Positions 38,268-48,308 of a DNA stretch of 64,000 nt are shown one piece after another. The position numbers were made by a program, and so were the translations under genes. The number at the start of each line of letters is the position of its first letter. The first letter of the stretch is position 1. This DNA comes from an uncultured Phycisphaerales bacterium. Lineage in GTDB: Bacteria > Planctomycetota > Phycisphaerae > Sedimentisphaerales > Anaerobacaceae. The DNA lies in contig OY970359.1 of NCBI GenBank assembly GCA_963718665.1, forward strand, positions 2,048,001 to 2,112,000. The letters are read 5' to 3'. The notes beneath the pieces were generated by a model. The model was not told the DNA's origin. It saw only the letters and a program-made list of their open reading frames with translations, and made no database searches.

Positions 38268-39188
38268 ATGACATCGGACGCAAAAATTGGGTTGTTGCTG
38301 GGACTGGTATTCATATTTGTTATCGCATTCATAATTAACGGCCTGCCGGGCCTTCACCAGAAGGATGACAGCAACAAGCTTACGACCAATATGGTCGGAC
38401 TGTCAAGCAATCCGTCCGGTATCGGCGCCAACGAACGAAAAGTCCAGATGGCTCTGGACCAGCCCGCCACTCCAGCGGGGGAAACTGCGCAGCCGGCAGT
38501 CGCAACCCAGGCACAACAGCAACCGATGACAAACCCCGCCCAGCCAGCGCCGACAGGAGCAGTGGCAAGTCAGCCAGCGGCAGGCAACGAGATAGTCGGG
38601 CCACCTCAGGCAGCGCCAACAACTGCCATTGGGCCGACTGCTTCCGCTCCGGCACAGGATGTCCCGGCAGTTAATACGCAGCCGACGACGGCACCTGAGA
38701 CCGCGAAGTCCGCTCCAGCGAAAATATATGTAGTTCAAGCCGGCGACAGTATCAGTGGAATCGCCAAAAAACTTTACGGCGTTAAAGAAGGCGTGAAACA
38801 GAAAAATATCGATGCCATATTCGCAGCCAACCGCAAGACACTTAACAAAATTGACGACCTTCAGGTCGGCCAAAAATTAGTAATACCATCGCTACCGGGT
38901 TCAACTGCCGCGTCATCATCGCCTGCTGAAGTCCTTACGGACAAGAATTTCACAAAGGTCGAATCGGTAGGTCAGCAGCATTCGACGGTCAAGGCGGACA
39001 AGCCGGCGGCAGCGGTAAAACCGGGAAATGTTTACGTCGTGAAAGAAGGCGACAGCTTGTGGAAAATCGCGGCGACTCAGCTCGGCGACGGCAATCGCTA
39101 TAAAGAGATAGTCAAGGCAAACAGCAGCATATTGTCCAGTGAGGACGATATAGCGATTGGGATGCAGTTGAAAATGCCGGCCAAGTAG
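38268..39188 (+). CDS. membrane-anchored double LysM protein
   Basis: N-terminal TM helix, Pro/Ala/Gln linker, two YVV..GDS LysM repeats. Confidence 0.9.
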   Translation: MTSDAKIGLLLGLVFIFVIAFIINGLPGLHQKDDSNKLTTNMVGLSSNPSGIGANERKVQMALDQPATPAGETAQPAVATQAQQQPMTNPAQPAPTGAVASQPAAGNEIVGPPQAAPTTAIGPTASAPAQDVPAVNTQPTTAPETAKSAPAKIYVVQAGDSISGIAKKLYGVKEGVKQKNIDAIFAANRKTLNKIDDLQVGQKLVIPSLPGSTAASSSPAEVLTDKNFTKVESVGQQHSTVKADKPAAAVKPGNVYVVKEGDSLWKIAATQLGDGNRYKEIVKANSSILSSEDDIAIGMQLKMPAK

Positions 39189-39226
39189 TTGAGCCGGCCG
39201 GTTTCTTTTTGGTTGTTACACGGCTT

Positions 39227-39493
39227 ATGAGGTTGGGGTTTCGCCTGGTTTTTGTTGCGTTATACTGCACTTCGGTGATGCTGTTCGCGGCATCACTTCG
39301 CAACGCCAATGACAGGGTTTTCTACAAAATCTGTGCTGCGCGTGTGTCCCAGAGTCGCCTCAAGCAGCAGCTTGCGGGCAAACAGCTGCGGCTGGAAAAT
39401 CTGATTAACCCAACAAGCGTTTCCCAGCAGGTTAATCAGCAGATTAATCAGCAGGTTAAGCCGATTAAGCAGATTAAGCAAATTAAGAAGTAA
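39227..39493 (+). CDS. FtsL-like small bitopic coiled-coil protein
   Basis: TM helix plus coiled coil, positioned directly before ftsI. Confidence 0.55.
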   Translation: MRLGFRLVFVALYCTSVMLFAASLRNANDRVFYKICAARVSQSRLKQQLAGKQLRLENLINPTSVSQQVNQQINQQVKPIKQIKQIKK

Positions 39494-39528
39494 ACGGTAT
39501 TTTCCGATTACAGGGATTCTTTCGGGCA

Positions 39529-41283
39529 ATGAGTAACGAGCATCGAGTATCGAGCGGTCGTATCACCGTCTGGCTGTTTGCGGCGTTAATCATTGCTTTT
39601 ACGGTCCTGGCAACGCGATGTCTTTATCTCCAGTTTTTCAGAAACGGGTACTATATCGACTTATCCTCGAGGCAGCAGCAGACCGTTGCGACCATATCGC
39701 CCCAGCGGGGCGCTATTCTGGATTGTCGTGGAAGGGTGCTGGCCGCCAGCGAGGAAATCCAGACGGTTTTCGTTGAGCCAAGAGTTCTGGATGACCCTAA
39801 GGAAACCGCAAGCGAGCTGGGGGACGTTCTGGATATCGGCGCTCATAACATTTGCAAGATGATTACCGAAAGCGAAAATCCTGGTTTTACCAAGATTAAA
39901 GTAGGTGTTGACCCCAACGAAGCGATTGCGGTGCGTAAAATTCACGGCGTTGGGATCCAGTCCGACTGGGAGCGTCATTACCCGATGGGGCCGCTTGCGA
40001 CTCATATTGTGGGATTCACAAGCGCGGATAATCGGGGTCTTGAGGGCGTGGAGCTTGCGTATAACAAGGACCTGGCGGGTTCGGCTGGGCGCAACATTTT
40101 TATTTCGGACGCTTTCCGCAGGCCCATTCGTCTCAGGGAGCACGACGCCGACGTTACCGACGGGGTTGGAATTATCCTTACCATCGACGCGACGATACAG
40201 CAGTTTACGCGCAAGGCGCTTCTGGAGCAGTATAAAAATTACCGCGCCGAATCGGCGATAGCGATAGTGGCTGAGCCGAAGACGGGTGCGATTCTGGCGA
40301 TGGTTTCACTGCCCGATTATGACCCTGCCAATTTCAATACGGCGGATGTTAATTCACTTCGCAACCGCACGATAACCGACCAGTTCGAGCCGGGAAGTTT
40401 GATTAAGCCGATGGTTATGGGGGCTGCTATTGAGGATGGAATCGTCAGTTTGAAGGAAAAGATATTCTGCGAAAACGGCAACTACTGCGGCAAGGGATTT
40501 GGCTGCATCAGCGAATACAAAAACGGATTCGGCTATCTGACGCCGCGTGAGATTCTGGTCAACTCGAGCAATATAGGGATGGCGAAAGTCGGCCAGAAAA
40601 TGGGCAAGGATGAAGTTTACCAAGCGCTGCGGAATTTCGGTTTCGGCAAAGAGACGGGGATTGATTTGCCGGGTGAGGTTTCCGGATTGCTCTGGCCTCC
40701 GGCGAAATGGACCGGCTACAGCGTTACGCGGATACCATTTGGCCAGGAGGTAACCGTTACGGCGATACAGCTTGCCCGGGCATTTTGCATACTTGCCAAC
40801 GGCGGGCATCCCGTAAATATGCACGTGGTTAAAGCGGTTGTTGACAACGAAGGCAACATCGTGAAGCTGACACAGGCCCCGCCGCCGCTTGCATATTGTA
40901 TTGACCCCGATGTTGCCAAATGGCTTGTTACGGACGCTATGGTGGGCGTGGTCAACGAGGGGACGGGCAAAAAAGCGAAGCTGAAAAGATGGCAGGTTTT
41001 CGGCAAGTCGGGCACCGCCAATATCGCCAAAGTCGGCGAAAGGGGCTACGCCGAGCACCAGTATATCGCATCATTTGTCGCGGGCGCACCGGTCGAAGAC
41101 CCGCAGGTGATTGTTCTTGTATCGGTTCGCAGGCCTGATATGTCATTGGGCAAGGGCTACACGGGCGGAGCAATATCCGCTCCCGTTGCGGGCAAGATAA
41201 TCGAAAAAACGCTTACCTATCTTGAGAATCGCCAGGGTTCGCAGAAGAGTTATCTGGCGGCAGATAATCCCAAGGTTCACTGA
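39529..41283 (+). CDS. ftsI: class B PBP, FtsI/PBP3-like transpeptidase
   Basis: RGAILD, EPGSLIK (SxxK), SSN and KSG motifs; dcw position. Confidence 0.88.
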   Translation: MSNEHRVSSGRITVWLFAALIIAFTVLATRCLYLQFFRNGYYIDLSSRQQQTVATISPQRGAILDCRGRVLAASEEIQTVFVEPRVLDDPKETASELGDVLDIGAHNICKMITESENPGFTKIKVGVDPNEAIAVRKIHGVGIQSDWERHYPMGPLATHIVGFTSADNRGLEGVELAYNKDLAGSAGRNIFISDAFRRPIRLREHDADVTDGVGIILTIDATIQQFTRKALLEQYKNYRAESAIAIVAEPKTGAILAMVSLPDYDPANFNTADVNSLRNRTITDQFEPGSLIKPMVMGAAIEDGIVSLKEKIFCENGNYCGKGFGCISEYKNGFGYLTPREILVNSSNIGMAKVGQKMGKDEVYQALRNFGFGKETGIDLPGEVSGLLWPPAKWTGYSVTRIPFGQEVTVTAIQLARAFCILANGGHPVNMHVVKAVVDNEGNIVKLTQAPPPLAYCIDPDVAKWLVTDAMVGVVNEGTGKKAKLKRWQVFGKSGTANIAKVGERGYAEHQYIASFVAGAPVEDPQVIVLVSVRRPDMSLGKGYTGGAISAPVAGKIIEKTLTYLENRQGSQKSYLAADNPKVH

Positions 41284-43419
41284 TTATTTATAGCCGAGGT
41301 ATCCGGCTTCGGCGCAGAACAGCAGGATGTCCCTTCCCAGCGGCGCAGCATCGGATGAACCCGCCTGACCTCCTTCTACGAGAACAGAGACGGCGATTGT
41401 TCTTCCTCTCGCGTCTTTTGCGAAACCGGCGAACCAGGCGTGCTCCGGCTGCGTTGTAGAGCCGGTTTTGCCGTATAGTCGTATTCCCCGCGAAGAAAAA
41501 TTTCCTAACACAGGCGCAAATTCCCTGTTGGCGGTTCCACCCGATTCTTCCACCACGGCGTGCATCCCCTCATAAACGGTTGCCAGTGTTACGGCCGAGA
41601 TATTGAGGTTGACCGGCTCAGGTTTTGGCGAGCAGGGGTCAGCAATGAGTCGCGGCGGGAAATAAACGCCGCCTCTTGCCAAACAGGCCATCGCGTTTGC
41701 CGCCTGCAAAGGTGTTACTCTGAGGTTGCCCTGTCCGATTCCGAACCATCGTCTTTCGTCCGGCTCAAGGGGGGGGAGTTGCTCGAAACTTGTAATTGTG
41801 TCGTTTACGGGAGTGTTTGCTATCTGTCCCTGTGCCTGCCTGAACAGTCGAGTCGGGTAGTTTGGCTCCGGTGATTCGTTGCTCGATTGCGGGGGGGCAG
41901 TAACCGAATCGGGCAGGGCGGGTCGGCCATAGCCGAACCTGAAAAGCCAGCTTTGCAGAACGACAGGGTCGATTCGGTCGGCCAGATGCGAAAAATAAAC
42001 ATTGCAGCTTCCTTTTAAAGCGTTGCGGGCGGTATTCGGCCACATAGTGTCATGTCCCCAATGGTTTCTGAGATATATGAGACAGTTTGGCCAGCCCTGC
42101 GGGGCTCTATGCGAGGGGCAGCTTATTATTTCGCCCGCGGTAATTTTGCCGGATTCCATTCCCGCTACCAGAATCAGTGGTTTTACCGCTGAGCCTGGCG
42201 GATAATGCATATTTATTGCACGGTTGCGTAACGGCTCACAGGGGTCGCCGGCGAGTTTGTCATAGGTTTGCCGAGCCAGATTCAAATCGTAATTCGGCAG
42301 CGACACCAGAGCGAGAATATCGCCTGAGCCGGCGTCGATAACAACCGCCGCGATTGGAGATTTGCAGTTGGGATTTCGCGAGCAGTCGGTTATGAGCTGC
42401 TCGATTTTTTTCTGCAGTTCGATATCGATTGTCAAGCGGACGTCCCGGCCGAACTGCGCCTCTGTTTGGCGCACCAAATTGCGGTCTATGTCGTATACAA
42501 TCTCACCGCGTTTGCCCCGCAAAATCGGCTCACAAACGTATTCGATGCCGTCTTCCCGCCCGCAAAGCTCGTCGTCAAGGTAGTTGGCCAACCTGTCGTC
42601 GGCGTAAATGTCTTTGTCTTTCTGACCGGGCGGGCCTACCCAGCCGATTGTCTGCGACGCGGTTTGGCCGAAGGGATATACACGCTGACCCTTTGCTATG
42701 ACCTCCACGCCGGGGACTTTGAGAAATTCCACCCTTGCGGCAAATACTGCGTCCTCCGATTTCAATTCAACAACCGGCTGGGCTTTTTTAAGTTCAGCGA
42801 TATCGTCCACTTTGTTTATCAGCAGGAGGCGGTCACAGGGGTCGGGGAATTTATTTTCAAAATCCGCTATTGCTTCGGTGAGCGGGACATAATTAAGGTT
42901 CCGACTGTATTTTTTCAGTATGTCGGTACTGGGGCCGTTTCTGGCCCAGGCGAAAAACGTCCGCAGGTTCCATATTTTGTCGTTTATTTTTTGAAGCCGG
43001 ATGACCACGTCCTGGCGCGGCATATCGAATTGCACACATTTGTCGATTAACAGCTCGATGTCTTCCTGCCGGTCGGCGAATTGCTGCTGCAGGCCCGATG
43101 TGTTGGCGTCCAGCTCTTTCGATTTGGCGCGAAGCGATAACGCCTGGAGGACGCGTTCATCAAGATACCGGCTCAAATCATAGTTTACCGCAAGCCAGAA
43201 TTTCGGTTCATCTTCGGCGAGGATTTGCCCCTTCCTGTCGAGTATTTTTCCCCGCATTGTTCTGACCTGCTGGAACGAGCCGCTTTGAATCCGTAGCTGC
43301 GCGACCTGCTCTCTGTAAAACGATTTTGAGAGCAACTGCATATCTATCAGGCGAAGCACGCAAACGCCGAGCAAAATTGTGCCCGCGATTATCAGGATGG
43401 CCATTCGTTTTTTATACAT
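41284..43419 (-). CDS. mrdA: class B PBP2 (MrdA-like)
   Basis: RGKILDR, PPGSAVK, SCN and KTG motifs; follows mreD. Confidence 0.85.
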   Translation of the reverse strand: MYKKRMAILIIAGTILLGVCVLRLIDMQLLSKSFYREQVAQLRIQSGSFQQVRTMRGKILDRKGQILAEDEPKFWLAVNYDLSRYLDERVLQALSLRAKSKELDANTSGLQQQFADRQEDIELLIDKCVQFDMPRQDVVIRLQKINDKIWNLRTFFAWARNGPSTDILKKYSRNLNYVPLTEAIADFENKFPDPCDRLLLINKVDDIAELKKAQPVVELKSEDAVFAARVEFLKVPGVEVIAKGQRVYPFGQTASQTIGWVGPPGQKDKDIYADDRLANYLDDELCGREDGIEYVCEPILRGKRGEIVYDIDRNLVRQTEAQFGRDVRLTIDIELQKKIEQLITDCSRNPNCKSPIAAVVIDAGSGDILALVSLPNYDLNLARQTYDKLAGDPCEPLRNRAINMHYPPGSAVKPLILVAGMESGKITAGEIISCPSHRAPQGWPNCLIYLRNHWGHDTMWPNTARNALKGSCNVYFSHLADRIDPVVLQSWLFRFGYGRPALPDSVTAPPQSSNESPEPNYPTRLFRQAQGQIANTPVNDTITSFEQLPPLEPDERRWFGIGQGNLRVTPLQAANAMACLARGGVYFPPRLIADPCSPKPEPVNLNISAVTLATVYEGMHAVVEESGGTANREFAPVLGNFSSRGIRLYGKTGSTTQPEHAWFAGFAKDARGRTIAVSVLVEGGQAGSSDAAPLGRDILLFCAEAGYLGYK

Positions 43420-43458
43420 AGATGACGTTTAAAATATGTCGAGAGATTCAAGGCGGGA

Positions 43459-43962
43459 TTATTTTCGCCCGCGACGCCTATTTTTTATAGGCATCAGCCA
43501 GTCCAAAAACAAGAATAAAACGGGTCCCAGCACCGCCGAATAAATCGATGTTCCGATTAAAGCGATGAAGCCGCCGGGTCTCGATGTTTGACCGGCGACG
43601 CGTGCCAGCAGCCAGGCCAGGATTGCCGTGCCAAGCCCGACGACGAATATGGTAATCGCCTCGTGGGGCACTTTTTTGATGGATATCAGCCGGTGCAGAT
43701 ACGACAGGCCTGTTCCGAACAGCCCAAAACTGATTATCAGGGGGCCTATAGAGAATCCGGTTGCGGCGATGTCGGCCGCGAAGCCGAGCACAAACGAGCT
43801 GATAATCGATTCTTTTTCGTTACAGCGGACGGCGAAAAAGACCATCGCAATTAAAAGCAGGTCCGGTGTTACGCGGAGGTCCGTTACCGCGATTGTGTTG
43901 ATCCAGCTTTTCTGCAGAAGTGTGGCAATCAGAACCAATACCGCAAAACGCGGCCAGTGCAT
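43459..43962 (-). CDS. mreD: rod shape-determining protein MreD
   Basis: PDLLL motif, multiple TM helices, synteny with mreC. Confidence 0.85.
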   Translation of the reverse strand: MHWPRFAVLVLIATLLQKSWINTIAVTDLRVTPDLLLIAMVFFAVRCNEKESIISSFVLGFAADIAATGFSIGPLIISFGLFGTGLSYLHRLISIKKVPHEAITIFVVGLGTAILAWLLARVAGQTSRPGGFIALIGTSIYSAVLGPVLFLFLDWLMPIKNRRRGRK

Positions 43963-44019
43963 CTTATTTCTCCAGGGTGATATAAAGAAAACCAATTGGC
44001 AGAGCAAGGAGTCGCATAT

Positions 44020-44871
44020 TTATTTTCCGCCGGATGTTTTGGCGTTCTCGGCCCGAGTCAGATTGCCGGAGCTCTGCGGGTTCATTATTATTACCGCCAC
44101 GTTGTTAAGCTTTGTAATATCGCAACTCGGTTTTACGGTGATATCCCACAGCGCCGGGTTTTTGCTGTCTCTTTTGCACTGCTGTATCTCGCCGACAACC
44201 ATGGCGGAATCCAGAAATCCTGGTTTTTTACGCAGCATCACCGGCTCGCCGACCTTGATTTGGTGTTTTACCGGCACCATTTTTATTTTCGCCGAGTTAT
44301 TGCCGGCTCCCTGCATCAGCATATTTGTTTCAATGTCAGGTATATTTACCTGGACGGTCGAGGAGGCGTCGGTGAACAGCCGGACCTTGGCGGTGCGGCC
44401 CGACAGGTCTGATATGGTCCCGATGACGCTGTTGTCGCCTATGACGAACATATCTTTGCACACACCGTCGTCTTTTCCGCGGTTGATAATCAGCTCGCTT
44501 CGCAGTCCTGATACAGACGCGATGATAATATCCGCAGGCACTAATTTGGCGCCTTCGAGGTCGCGCAATCTCGTGCGCAAGCCCGACAACTGCTGAATCG
44601 TCTGGTTTTTCTGGAGCAATTCCGCTTCAAGATTTGCAATATAGTTTTGATACTGTGATTCTTTTTTTTCGGCATCATCTTTGAGCGGAAGCTCGGTTTT
44701 GGCCGAGAGAGGCATCTGCCTGCCTGCGCTCAGCGGCCAACGGAAAAGACGCGCAAAGGCGAACTGGAACTTACTTGTGATTCCAAGCGGAGAAAACAAA
44801 AGGATTAACCCGCCCAGCATAAACCAGGCGAACAACATCCTGCTGGAGATTCTGATTCGCTTCCCTGCCAT
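44020..44871 (-). CDS. mreC: rod shape-determining protein MreC
   Basis: TM helix plus coiled coil, IINRGKDDGV motif, synteny with mreB. Confidence 0.88.
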   Translation of the reverse strand: MAGKRIRISSRMLFAWFMLGGLILLFSPLGITSKFQFAFARLFRWPLSAGRQMPLSAKTELPLKDDAEKKESQYQNYIANLEAELLQKNQTIQQLSGLRTRLRDLEGAKLVPADIIIASVSGLRSELIINRGKDDGVCKDMFVIGDNSVIGTISDLSGRTAKVRLFTDASSTVQVNIPDIETNMLMQGAGNNSAKIKMVPVKHQIKVGEPVMLRKKPGFLDSAMVVGEIQQCKRDSKNPALWDITVKPSCDITKLNNVAVIIMNPQSSGNLTRAENAKTSGGK

Positions 44872-44913
44872 AACTAAATTTACAAATTCTGGTTATTACA
44901 GCATCCTGTGCCG

Positions 44914-45969
44914 TTACCAGCCGGAGTCGGAATGCTCCATTGTGTCCTTCCACAACTCCAGGTTCTCCAGGTAAACACTCGTGCCCCGCGCCACCGCCGT
45001 CAGCGGGTCTTCGACGCGAATTACCTTTAAGCCCGTGGCGTTTGCCAATACCGTATCCATTCCTCGTAGGAGTGCCCCGCCGCCGCAGATGTGAATTCCA
45101 TTTTCGATGAGGTCCGCGGCTAATTCAGGGTCTGCCTTTTCGAGTGTCCTTGTTACCGCGTCAATAATGGCAGCCACCGGCTCCTTCAGCGCCTCGCGAA
45201 TTTCTTCGCTTGTGATAACAATTTTCCTCGGAAGCCCTGAAATGGTGTCTCTTCCTGAGACCTCCATAGTCAGCTCTTCTTCAAGCGGCACCGCTGAGCC
45301 GATTTGTATCTTTACCTTTTCCGCTCTCGGTTCGCCGACGAGCAGGTTGTATGTTCGTTTGAGATGATTGATAACCGCCTCATCCATATCGTCGCCGCCT
45401 ACGCGGATTGATTCACAGGTAGCAATATCCGCCAAGCTCATAATTGCGACTTCGGTTGTACCACCGCCGGTATCGACAATCATCGAGGCCGTCGGGTCGG
45501 TAATCGGAAGCCCCGCTCCGATGCCCGCCGCCATTGGTTCGTCAACAAGATATACTTTTCGTGCGCCTGCTCGTTCGGCGCTGTCGATAACCGCTCTTCG
45601 CTCGACCGCGGTAATTCCGCTTGGTACGGCTATAACCACACGGGGCCTTATGAGATTGCCCCTGCCGTGAACCTTGCGGATAAAATAGCTTAGCATTGCC
45701 TCGGTGATTTCGAAATCGCTGATTACGCCGTCTTTGAGGGGTCGAATTGCGCTGATTGAGCCGGGGGTTTTGCCTAACATTTCGCGAGCGATGAGTCCGA
45801 CCGCTTCGCCGTTGTTGAGGACCTGGTTGGTTCCTTTGCGGACCGCGACGACCGAGGGTTCATTGAGAACTATTCCCTTGCCGCGGACACAAACCAGTGT
45901 ATTACAGGTACCGAGGTCGATACCCATATCCATGCTGAACCTGCCCAATATAGTGTCTATAAACTTCAT
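44914..45969 (-). CDS. mreB: rod shape-determining actin MreB
   Basis: GIDLGT, EPSVVA, RPLKDGVI, DTGGGTTE and GGGALL motifs. Confidence 0.97.
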   Translation of the reverse strand: MKFIDTILGRFSMDMGIDLGTCNTLVCVRGKGIVLNEPSVVAVRKGTNQVLNNGEAVGLIAREMLGKTPGSISAIRPLKDGVISDFEITEAMLSYFIRKVHGRGNLIRPRVVIAVPSGITAVERRAVIDSAERAGARKVYLVDEPMAAGIGAGLPITDPTASMIVDTGGGTTEVAIMSLADIATCESIRVGGDDMDEAVINHLKRTYNLLVGEPRAEKVKIQIGSAVPLEEELTMEVSGRDTISGLPRKIVITSEEIREALKEPVAAIIDAVTRTLEKADPELAADLIENGIHICGGGALLRGMDTVLANATGLKVIRVEDPLTAVARGTSVYLENLELWKDTMEHSDSGW

Positions 45970-46053
45970 CGAGTCCGTTCTCAATATATAAAAATGCCCG
46001 GTTTACCCGGGCACATTATATCGCATCCTGCCTGCCGGCTCAACAAGGAAATT

Positions 46054-46212
46054 TTATGGAATTGTAAATAGCGTGTTGTAGTCGAAATAGCACTTTACAG
46101 CGACAAATGCCGCCGTGGCCAGCACTGCGCCGAACGCCACCGCCAGTATGACTGTGTAAAGATTGCTCATTGCCTCTGGTTTCGTGCCGCGTATTGGTGC
46201 TTCAGGACTCAT
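46054..46212 (-). CDS. 52-aa single-TM small protein (absent from the ORF track)
   Basis: GAGGA SD then MSPEAPIRGTKPEAMSNLYTVILAVAFGAVLATAAFVAVKCYFDYNTLFTIP*. Confidence 0.7.
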   Translation of the reverse strand: MSPEAPIRGTKPEAMSNLYTVILAVAFGAVLATAAFVAVKCYFDYNTLFTIP

Positions 46213-46242
46213 ATCCAATCCTCAATAAGCTTATCTCAAACC

Positions 46243-47115
46243 TTACAGGTTGGTCGAGGCGTTGTCACCTACTTTTGGCGGCTGCTGAACCAACTCAAGG
46301 ACGCCGACAGCCCTTTCGGTATCCACATTCACAATGAGAACGTCGCAGATGAAATCGTCACCGCGTGTAACGTGGAACTTCATTCCCTCTTTTACGCCGT
46401 CCGCCGAGCCGATTGATATTGTGGCCAGCGAATTCTTGGCATCAACCTCAGAAATTTGCGCCTTGAGGTTTATCGTTTCGTTTGTGGACTGCGCGGGCAG
46501 GGCATTGCCTTTTTCCTGTGTTACGGGTGCGCCTGCCGCCGCGACCTTGCCGCCGGTCTGGATAATCTTGTCCAAACGGTTCTGCAAGTCCGCTTTCTCT
46601 TCAATAAGCCGACGTTTTTCGGCCTCAGCCGCATCTATTAACGCGTTCTTTTCAACAACTGCTGCGCTGGTTTGGTCCAACTCTTTGCTGAGTTTTATTT
46701 GTTCGGCTTTTAACTGTTTGACATCTTCCTGGGCTGTGCTGAGCAACTGCGTCTGCTTGTCGGTGGTTGCCTGGAAATCTTTTGTGATACTTGCCCAACT
46801 GTTGACTCTTTCGAAAAGCTCGGCTTTTTCTCTTTCGATACTGGTAATCTTCGTCTGCAGGTCGTCTGCCTTGGTCTTCAGCGACGCAACCTGGCTGTCC
46901 AGCGACTTCTCAAGGTCGTCTTTTTGCTGAATTTTTTCCTTGAGCTGATTGTTCAAACTTGCCTTTTCCTGTTCGAGCGCAGCGCGGTCGGAACTAAGCT
47001 TGGAGCACTTTTCTTTGTAGTTATTCGCGTTGGCGATGTATGTTACCACAATGCCGCACAGAAAGATTGCTGATATAGTCAATAGAACTATGAGTATCTT
47101 AGTAAGATTGCTCAA
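46243..47115 (-). CDS. membrane-anchored coiled-coil protein with C-terminal beta domain
   Basis: N-terminal TM helix, long heptad region, ISIGSADGVKEG motif. Confidence 0.8.
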   Translation of the reverse strand: MSNLTKILIVLLTISAIFLCGIVVTYIANANNYKEKCSKLSSDRAALEQEKASLNNQLKEKIQQKDDLEKSLDSQVASLKTKADDLQTKITSIEREKAELFERVNSWASITKDFQATTDKQTQLLSTAQEDVKQLKAEQIKLSKELDQTSAAVVEKNALIDAAEAEKRRLIEEKADLQNRLDKIIQTGGKVAAAGAPVTQEKGNALPAQSTNETINLKAQISEVDAKNSLATISIGSADGVKEGMKFHVTRGDDFICDVLIVNVDTERAVGVLELVQQPPKVGDNASTNL

Positions 47116-47267
47116 GATTAGCTCCTTTCACACCAGTTTTACTAAATTCATATCGAGGGATTATACCTTGCTCCCCAATACCTTACAACATCTTATATTT
47201 TACGTTTTTTAGCGCTTTACGTCAAGTTAATTTTGTTAAAATAGGGTATTCTGCTTAGGAGTCATTT

Positions 47268-48308
47268 TTACCGTCCCATATTGTTCTTTTGGGCACATTG
47301 AAAAACCGCCTTAGCAGCGGCAATTCGGGCAAACTGGGAATCGCTTTTCAGCAATTCGGGCAGGAACTTTTTGAGGGTTGGCGTCCTGATTTGGCCTATT
47401 GCCATGGCCGCCAGCGTCTGAATTCGTGCCTTTGTTTCCTGGTCTGTTGCGGCTGAAACATCGTGCGTCAGCGCGTTTGCCACTATCTTTTCGCCCGCGG
47501 TGTCGCCCAGATAGCCAAGCTGTTCGGCCGCCACAAGACGAACCTCAGGCAGGTCATCTTTCAGCATCGTCAAAAGCGAATCTTTTGCCCGTGATGTTGC
47601 CAGCGCTCCCATTGCCCGGATGCCGAAGACGCGGTCGTCGGCGTATGCGCTTATGAGTGTTGCCCAAAGTTTCTGATATATTTTTTCGTCTCCTAACCGG
47701 GCTATCGCCTCAATGGCGTTCAGCCGAACCCTGTCATCAGATGCCTCATCATGAATCAGTTGGTAGAGCAATGGCAGGGCGTCCTTATCTCCGATTTTAC
47801 CAAGCAGAAAGGCGGCATTTGCCCGTACGAGCTGATCGTTGCCGGCTAAAGCCGCGTGGATTTGCTGGATGTATGATTTTGAGCCGCCCAGCATCACCAT
47901 TGCATAATCGGCGGCCAGGCGAACATTTTCATCGTTGTCTTTGAGCAGTTGCGCGACGTCGTTTTTGCCGGCCGAGTATTTAGCGTCCCCGATTGCCACC
48001 GCCGCGGCAAACCTGATAAGGATAAGCTCGTCCTTTGTTAACCGCTGGACGCCCGCCATAAACTGCTGATTATTCGTTCCGGCTGCCATCTCGATTGCAT
48101 TGACCCTGACCTGCGGGTTGCTGCTGGAAAGCCCCTCCAGAATAATTTTTGCCGCCTCGGTTTTGAGGTCATTGTTTGCGGAATTGTCGGCACTGACGCC
48201 GGCGGTTTGCTGTTTTTCAGAGTCGGTCTCGCAACCGACAAAAGCAATCAGGGCGAGTATGACAGATACGAAAATAATATTATTTTTTGCCGGATGTTTC
48301 TTTGCCAT
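47268..48308 (-). CDS. HEAT repeat lipoprotein
   Basis: Lipobox FVGC; repeated VR..AA..LG units. Confidence 0.85.
   Translation of the reverse strand: MAKKHPAKNNIIFVSVILALIAFVGCETDSEKQQTAGVSADNSANNDLKTEAAKIILEGLSSSNPQVRVNAIEMAAGTNNQQFMAGVQRLTKDELILIRFAAAVAIGDAKYSAGKNDVAQLLKDNDENVRLAADYAMVMLGGSKSYIQQIHAALAGNDQLVRANAAFLLGKIGDKDALPLLYQLIHDEASDDRVRLNAIEAIARLGDEKIYQKLWATLISAYADDRVFGIRAMGALATSRAKDSLLTMLKDDLPEVRLVAAEQLGYLGDTAGEKIVANALTHDVSAATDQETKARIQTLAAMAIGQIRTPTLKKFLPELLKSDSQFARIAAAKAVFQCAQKNNMGR

Noticed and set aside
39420..39490. 12-bp and 9-bp tandem repeats at the end of the ftsL-like gene
   Set aside because: Frame-preserving low-complexity tail (QQVNQQINQQVKPIKQIKQIK); ordinary slippage explains it.
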